From an uncultured Gammaproteobacteria bacterium (lineage in GTDB: Bacteria; Pseudomonadota; Gammaproteobacteria; Steroidobacterales; Rariloculaceae): 64,000 nt of DNA. Below are positions 58,849-64,000 of the stretch, in pieces (within the stretch, counting starts at the first letter, position 1; every line of letters begins with the position of its first letter). The translations under genes and the position numbers were made by a program. Location: assembly GCA_964553875.1 (NCBI GenBank), contig CAZKNH010000003.1:5850-69849 (forward strand), written 5' to 3'. The notes under the pieces were generated by a model that was not told the origin of the DNA, made no database searches, and saw only the letters and a list, made by a program, of their open reading frames with translations.

Positions 58849-60372
58849 ATGACTCCGGTCGATCAGAATTTCTTCGCGTATCTCCACCACCGTCTCGTCG
58901 AGCGCGCCGACGACGAGCTGCTCGCGACGAGCGACGGCACTTCGTTCACGTACGGCGACATCGATCGAATGTCGGCGCGGATCGCGGCGTGCCTTCGGGA
59001 TGCCGGTGTCGACGTCGGCGACCGCGTCTCGGTTCAGGCCGAGAAATCGCCGCAAAGCCTCTGCCTCTATCTCGCGTGCCTCCGCGCGGGTTTCGTCTTC
59101 CACCCGATCAATCCTGCGTACAAGTCGAACGAGCTCGAGACGCTGCTCAGGCATGCCGAGCCGAGCGCCGTCGTCTGCGACCCGTGCAACGAGCGCGCCG
59201 TCGCTGCGCTCGCGGCGGCGGCCGGAGCGCGCGTCGTGCTGACGCTCGGCGCCGACGGCTGCGGCTCTCTGATCGACCGCGCCGCGGGCGCGAGCGAGCG
59301 CTTCGCGACGGTCCGCCGCTCGAGCGACGATCCCGCCGCGCTCCTTTACACGTCGGGCACGACCGGATCGCCGAAGGGCATCTTGCTCTCGCACGGGAAT
59401 CTTCAGAGCAACGCCGAGGCGCTGACGTCGGCATGGGGATTCACGGCCCGTGATCGCCTGCTGCACGCGCTGCCGATCCACCACGTGCACGGGCTCTTCA
59501 TCTCGCTCGGATGCGTGCTCTCGAGCGGCGCGAGCATGACGTGGCTGCCGCGCTTCACGGTCGACGACGTGCTGGGTCATCTCCCCGGCTGCACCGTGAT
59601 GATGGGCGTGCCGACCTACTACACGCGCCTCCTCGCCGCGTCCGAGTTCTCGGCCGACCTCGTCCGCGGCGTCCGGCTCTTCGTGTCGGGCTCGGCGCCG
59701 CTCCTCCCCGAGACGTTCGCCGAGTTCGAGCGGCGCACGGGACAGCGCATCCTCGAGCGCTACGGCATGACCGAGACGAACGTGATCGCGTCGAATCCGC
59801 TCCACGGAAATCGCAAGCCCGGGACAGTCGGCTTGCCGCTGCCCGGCGTCGACGTGCGGATCGTCGACGATCACGGCACGGCGCTCGCGGTCGGCGAGGT
59901 CGGGCACATCGAGGTCCGCGGCCCGAACGTCTTCAAGGGCTACTGGAGGCGCGACGCCGCGGGCGACTTCACCGCCGACGGCTTTTTCAAGACCGGCGAT
60001 CTCGGCGTGATCGACGACGACGGCTATCTCTCGATCGTCGGCCGCGGCAAGGATCTCGTGATCACCGGCGGCCTCAACGTTTATCCGCGTGACGTCGAGA
60101 CCGTGATCGACGAACTGCCCGGCGTCGTCGAATCCGCCGTGATCGGCGTGCCGCATCCCGACTTCGGCGAAGGCGTCGTCGCGGTCGTCGTCCGCGAGCG
60201 CGGATCGGTCTCGTCGGAAGCCGAGATCATCGCAGCGTGCAAGGCGCGGCTCGCCGACTACAAGGTCCCGAAGCGGATCGTGTTCGCCGACGAGTTGCCG
60301 CGGAACGTCATGGGCAAGGTCCAGAAGAACGTGCTGCGTGAAGCGCACGCGCGCCTCTTCGTCGAGGCGTGA
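58849..60372 (+). CDS. matB: Malonyl-CoA synthetase-like AMP-forming acyl-CoA ligase
   Basis: It is collinear with rhizobial MatB: LLYTSGTTGSPKGILLSHGNL, HALPIHHVHGLF, MMGVPTYYTRLL, ERYGMTETN, FKTGDLG, GRGKDLVITGGLNVYP, GVPHPDFGEGV, and YKVPKRIVFADELPRNVMGKVQKNVLR. Confidence 0.8.
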   Translation: MTPVDQNFFAYLHHRLVERADDELLATSDGTSFTYGDIDRMSARIAACLRDAGVDVGDRVSVQAEKSPQSLCLYLACLRAGFVFHPINPAYKSNELETLLRHAEPSAVVCDPCNERAVAALAAAAGARVVLTLGADGCGSLIDRAAGASERFATVRRSSDDPAALLYTSGTTGSPKGILLSHGNLQSNAEALTSAWGFTARDRLLHALPIHHVHGLFISLGCVLSSGASMTWLPRFTVDDVLGHLPGCTVMMGVPTYYTRLLAASEFSADLVRGVRLFVSGSAPLLPETFAEFERRTGQRILERYGMTETNVIASNPLHGNRKPGTVGLPLPGVDVRIVDDHGTALAVGEVGHIEVRGPNVFKGYWRRDAAGDFTADGFFKTGDLGVIDDDGYLSIVGRGKDLVITGGLNVYPRDVETVIDELPGVVESAVIGVPHPDFGEGVVAVVVRERGSVSSEAEIIAACKARLADYKVPKRIVFADELPRNVMGKVQKNVLREAHARLFVEA

Positions 60373-60393
60373 CGGACCGTCCTCGAGCAGAAA

Positions 60394-60423
60394 AGGCGAC
60401 GCGGCTCGAATGCCGCGTCGCCT
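60394..60423. terminator. 12-bp perfect hairpin between convergent matB-like gene and rplQ
   Basis: The stem is AGGCGACGCGGC, the loop TCGAAT, and the return arm GCCGCGTCGCCT. On the minus strand it is followed by TTTC, so it most plausibly terminates the rpoA-rplQ transcript. Confidence 0.7.
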
Positions 60424-60500
60424 ACGCTATCGGAGCCGAGTCAAACGGTGTGGCCGCGTTTTCTCAGGGAAGGGCTCGGCCCCTCCCCGAGGCGGAGGGC

Positions 60501-60881
60501 TTACGCCGACTCCCCGCTCCGCGCCGGCTGATCGAGCAGCTGCACGATCGCCATCGGCGCCGAGTCACCGGGCCTGAAGCCCATCTTGAGGATCCTGAGA
60601 TAGCCGCCCGGGCGGTCCTTGAAGCGCGGGCCAAGCTCGTTGAAGAGCTTCCCGACCGCGGCCTCGTCACGCAGCCGACTGAACGCGAGACGGCGACGGC
60701 TCACGCCGTCCTCCTTCGCGAGCGTGATGAGCGGCTCGACGACGCGCCGCAACTCCTTCGCCTTCGGCAGCGTCGTCCTGATCGTCTCGTGCGTCAGCAG
60801 GGACGCCGCCATGTTGCGGTACATCGCCTTGCGATGCGCCGAGTTCCGGCCGAGCTTGCGGCCCGACTTACGATGACGCAT
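60501..60881 (-). CDS. rplQ: 50S ribosomal protein L17
   Basis: [56 protein letters not shown]. Confidence 0.97.
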   Translation of the reverse strand: MRHRKSGRKLGRNSAHRKAMYRNMAASLLTHETIRTTLPKAKELRRVVEPLITLAKEDGVSRRRLAFSRLRDEAAVGKLFNELGPRFKDRPGGYLRILKMGFRPGDSAPMAIVQLLDQPARSGESA

Positions 60882-60892
60882 GGCTCAAACCC

Positions 60893-61903
60893 TCAATACG
60901 TCAGCGACGAGGACTGCTCCTCGTTCCTGAGCTGCGGAGGCGGCCAGTTCTCGATGCGCATGCCGAGCGTGAGCCCGTGGGCCTCGAGCACCTCCTTGAT
61001 CTCGGTCAGCGACTTCTTGCCGAGGTTCGGCGTCCGCAGCAGCTCGACCTCGGTCCTCTGGACCAGGTCGCCGATGTAGTTGATGTTCTCGGCCTTCAGG
61101 CAGTTCGCCGAGCGCACCGTGAGCTCGAGCTCGTCGACCGGACGGAGCAGGATCGGATCGATCTGGGCCTCCATCCTGCCGTAGCCGGTCTCCTCCTCGC
61201 CCTGCAGATCGACGAAGACGTCGAGCTGATTCTTGAGAATCGTGCCGGCGCGGCGAATCGCCTCCTCGGCGTCGATCGTGCCGTTCGTCTCGATGTCGAT
61301 GATCAGCTTGTCGAGGTCCGTGCGCTGCTCGACGCGGGCGCGCTCGACGGTGTACGTGACGCGGCGAACCGGGCTGAAGGACGCATCGAGCTGCAGGCGC
61401 CCGATCGGGCGCGACTGCTCCTCGAACGATGCGACCTGCGACGCCGGCCTGTAACCCCGGCCGCGCACAACCTTGAGATAAGCGCGAAGCTCGCCCGACT
61501 GCGTCAGGTTCGCGATCACGAGATCCGGATTCACGATCTCGATGTCGTGGTCGGCCTGGATGTCGCCGGCGGTGACGGGGCCCGGGCCCTTCTTCGCGAG
61601 CGTGAGCTCCGCCTCGTCACGCGCATGCATCTTGATCGCGACCTGCTTCAGGTTCAGCAGGATGTCGACGACGTCCTCCTGGACGCCTTCGATGCTCGTG
61701 TACTCGTGCAGCACGCCGTCGATCTCGGCCTCGACGATCGCGCAGCCCGGCATCGACGAGAGGAGCACGCGCCTCAACGCGTTGCCGAGCGTGTGGCCGA
61801 AGCCGCGCTCGAAAGGCTCGACCGTCACACGGGCCCGATTCGGCCCGAGCGGCTGCACCTTGACCGCGCGAGGCTTCAAGAACTCCGTGGCTGATTCCTG
61901 CAT
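60893..61903 (-). CDS. rpoA: DNA-directed RNA polymerase alpha subunit
   Basis: [12 protein letters not shown]...[25 protein letters not shown]...C-terminal domain [22 protein letters not shown]. The start was set at ATG 61903. Confidence 0.97.
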   Translation of the reverse strand: MQESATEFLKPRAVKVQPLGPNRARVTVEPFERGFGHTLGNALRRVLLSSMPGCAIVEAEIDGVLHEYTSIEGVQEDVVDILLNLKQVAIKMHARDEAELTLAKKGPGPVTAGDIQADHDIEIVNPDLVIANLTQSGELRAYLKVVRGRGYRPASQVASFEEQSRPIGRLQLDASFSPVRRVTYTVERARVEQRTDLDKLIIDIETNGTIDAEEAIRRAGTILKNQLDVFVDLQGEEETGYGRMEAQIDPILLRPVDELELTVRSANCLKAENINYIGDLVQRTEVELLRTPNLGKKSLTEIKEVLEAHGLTLGMRIENWPPPQLRNEEQSSSLTY

Positions 61904-61917
61904 TCGTAATTCCTCGC

Positions 61918-62538
<621 letters not shown>

Positions 62539-62542
62539 ATCG

Positions 62543-62941
62543 CTATACTCGACGTCGCTTCGGCGGCCGGCAGCCGTTGTGCGGAATCGGCGTGACGTCC
62601 TCGATCTGAGTGATTCTGAAACCGACCGCGTTCAGTGCGCGAACCGCGGATTCCCTGCCCGGTCCCGGCCCCTTCACGCGCACCTCGAGGTTCTTCACGC
62701 CGAAGTCCTTGGCGGCGTTGCCTGCCCGTTCGGCGGCCACCTGCGCCGCGAACGGCGTGCTCTTACGCGAGCCCTTGAAGCCGCACCCGCCGGCCGTCGC
62801 CCAGGTGAGCGCGTTCCCCTGACGATCCGTGATCGTCACGATCGTGTTGTTGAACGACGCATGGATGTGCGCGACGGCATCGAGAATCTGACGCTTGACC
62901 TTCTTTCTGACGCGCGAGGTCGAGGTCGGCTGTTTCGCCAT
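62543..62941 (-). CDS. rpsK: 30S ribosomal protein S11
   Basis: [43 protein letters not shown]...[15 protein letters not shown]. Confidence 0.97.
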   Translation of the reverse strand: MAKQPTSTSRVRKKVKRQILDAVAHIHASFNNTIVTITDRQGNALTWATAGGCGFKGSRKSTPFAAQVAAERAGNAAKDFGVKNLEVRVKGPGPGRESAVRALNAVGFRITQIEDVTPIPHNGCRPPKRRRV

Positions 62942-62956
62942 ACTTGCTCCTGAAAA

Positions 62957-63313
62957 CTACTTCTTGATCGGCCGGCGCGGTCCCTTGCGAGTGCGGGCAT
63001 TCGTTCGCGTGCGCTGACCGCGCACGGGCAGCCCACGCCGATGACGGATGCCGCGGTAGCAGCCGAGGTCCATCAGCCGCTTGATGTTCATCGCCGTCTC
63101 GCGGCGCAGATCGCCCTCGACCGGGAACTTCGCGATCATGTCGCGCAGCTTCGCGATCTCCGGCTCCGTCAAATCCTTGACCTTCGTCGACGGATCGATT
63201 CCCGCCGCCTGGCACGCGAGCAGCGCGCGGCTGCGGCCGATGCCGTGGATGTGCGTGAGCGCGATCGAGATGTGCTTGTTGATCGGGATATTGATTCCCG
63301 CGATACGTGCCAT
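62957..63313 (-). CDS. rpsM: 30S ribosomal protein S13
   Basis: [30 protein letters not shown]...[25 protein letters not shown]. Confidence 0.97.
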   Translation of the reverse strand: MARIAGINIPINKHISIALTHIHGIGRSRALLACQAAGIDPSTKVKDLTEPEIAKLRDMIAKFPVEGDLRRETAMNIKRLMDLGCYRGIRHRRGLPVRGQRTRTNARTRKGPRRPIKK

Positions 63314-63323
63314 CGTTCGACCC

Positions 63324-63437
63324 TCAACCCTGACGCTGCTTGTGGCGAGGATCCGAGCAGATCACCCGCACGACGCCCTTGCGTCGAATGATCTTGCAGT
63401 TTCGGCAGATCCGCCGCACCGAAGCTCTTACTTTCAT
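63324..63437 (-). CDS. rpmJ: 50S ribosomal protein L36
   Basis: It is not in the track (37 aa). The reverse-strand translation is [37 protein letters not shown], located between secY and rpsM. Confidence 0.92.
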   Translation of the reverse strand: MKVRASVRRICRNCKIIRRKGVVRVICSDPRHKQRQG

Positions 63438-63477
63438 CGCTCCAAACTCCCGGCCCACTTTCCGGCCGCACTGAGGC

Positions 63478-64000
63478 TCATCCCGCCTTCGGCCCGTAGC
63501 CCCTCAGGTTCGCTTTCTTCAACAGCCCCTCGTACTGGTGCGTCATCATGTGCGCCTGAAGCTGCGCCATGAAGTCCATCGTGACGACCACGATGATCAG
63601 GAGCGAGGTGCCGCCGAAGTAGAACTGCACGCCAAACTCGAGGATCAGGAACTCCGGCAGGAGACACACCGCCGTGATGTAGATCGCACCCCAGAAAGTC
63701 AGCCGTGTCAGTACCTTGTCGATGTACTCGGCCGTTTGCTGCCCCGGCCGAATGCCCGGGATGAACGCTCCCGAGCGCTTCAGATTGTCCGCCGTCTCGC
63801 GCGCGTTGAACACGAGCGCGGTGTAGAAGAAGCAGAAAAAGATGATCAGCGTGCCGTACAGCAGAATGTAGATCGGCTGTCCGGGCGACATGCTGGCCGC
63901 GAGCCGCTGCAGCCACGGCTGACTCGTGCCGAACCAGGTCGCGATCGTCGCCGGGAACAGGATCAGGCTCGACGCGAAGATCGGCGGGATCACGCCCGAC
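63478..64000 (-). CDS. secY: Preprotein translocase SecY (C-terminal part; 5' end outside window)
   Basis: ...[37 protein letters not shown]...[24 protein letters not shown]. The ORF is open to the window edge. Confidence 0.95.
   Translation of the reverse strand, partial: SGVIPPIFASSLILFPATIATWFGTSQPWLQRLAASMSPGQPIYILLYGTLIIFFCFFYTALVFNARETADNLKRSGAFIPGIRPGQQTAEYIDKVLTRLTFWGAIYITAVCLLPEFLILEFGVQFYFGGTSLLIIVVVTMDFMAQLQAHMMTHQYEGLLKKANLRGYGPKAG

Overview
The window is a very GC-rich, densely coding chromosomal segment. Gene content and order point to a gammaproteobacterium with Pseudomonas/Xanthomonas-like synteny. I cannot name the species.

Most of it is housekeeping:
- An rplM-rpsI pair plus tRNA-Gln.
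- coq7 and a crp/clp-type regulator.
- purC and purE-purK.
- pmbA and tldD.
- A long minus-strand array: holA-nadD-rsfS-rlmH-maf-rng-yhdP-CN hydrolase-tldD.
- cysS, hisI, lptE and leuS.
- The miaB-ybeZ-ybeY-corC-lnt operon.
- Divergent ssb/uvrA, then trpS and pepQ.
- The end of the ribosomal alpha operon: secY(partial)-rpmJ-rpsM-rpsK-rpsD-rpoA-rplQ.

I found no rRNA, CRISPR array, transposase, integrase or phage genes.

The clearly accessory part is 31.4-43.5 kb. It holds five co-directional genes whose products all start with signal-peptide-like N-termini:
- a PPP-type metallophosphoesterase with a kinase-like C-terminal domain;
- a kinase-like hypothetical protein;
- an 1130-aa PPC/TPR/CHAT caspase-like protease;
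- a 175-aa protein;
- an S8 subtilase.

These are followed by a convergent Npt/TLC-like transporter with an unlisted 44-codon ORF, and then an ECF sigma/anti-sigma pair. I regard this block as the best candidate for an uncharacterised system, possibly an envelope proteolytic signalling module. This rests on motif reading only.

Other points of interest:
- An ExeA/GspA-like AAA ATPase fused to an FHA domain.
- Two related families of palindromic intergenic repeats (core GGGGTCAGAGCCC and GTGTCAGACAC), including a 232-bp unit with perfect 19-bp terminal inverted repeats.
- Tandem CRP-type boxes upstream of crp.
- A broken leuS-lptE-holA arrangement.

Many long ORFs in the supplied track are antisense or out-of-frame shadows typical of high-GC DNA and were not called. 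Several start codons were moved downstream of the track start on the basis of homologue N-termini, ribosome-binding sites and GTGA/ATGA stop-start overlaps.
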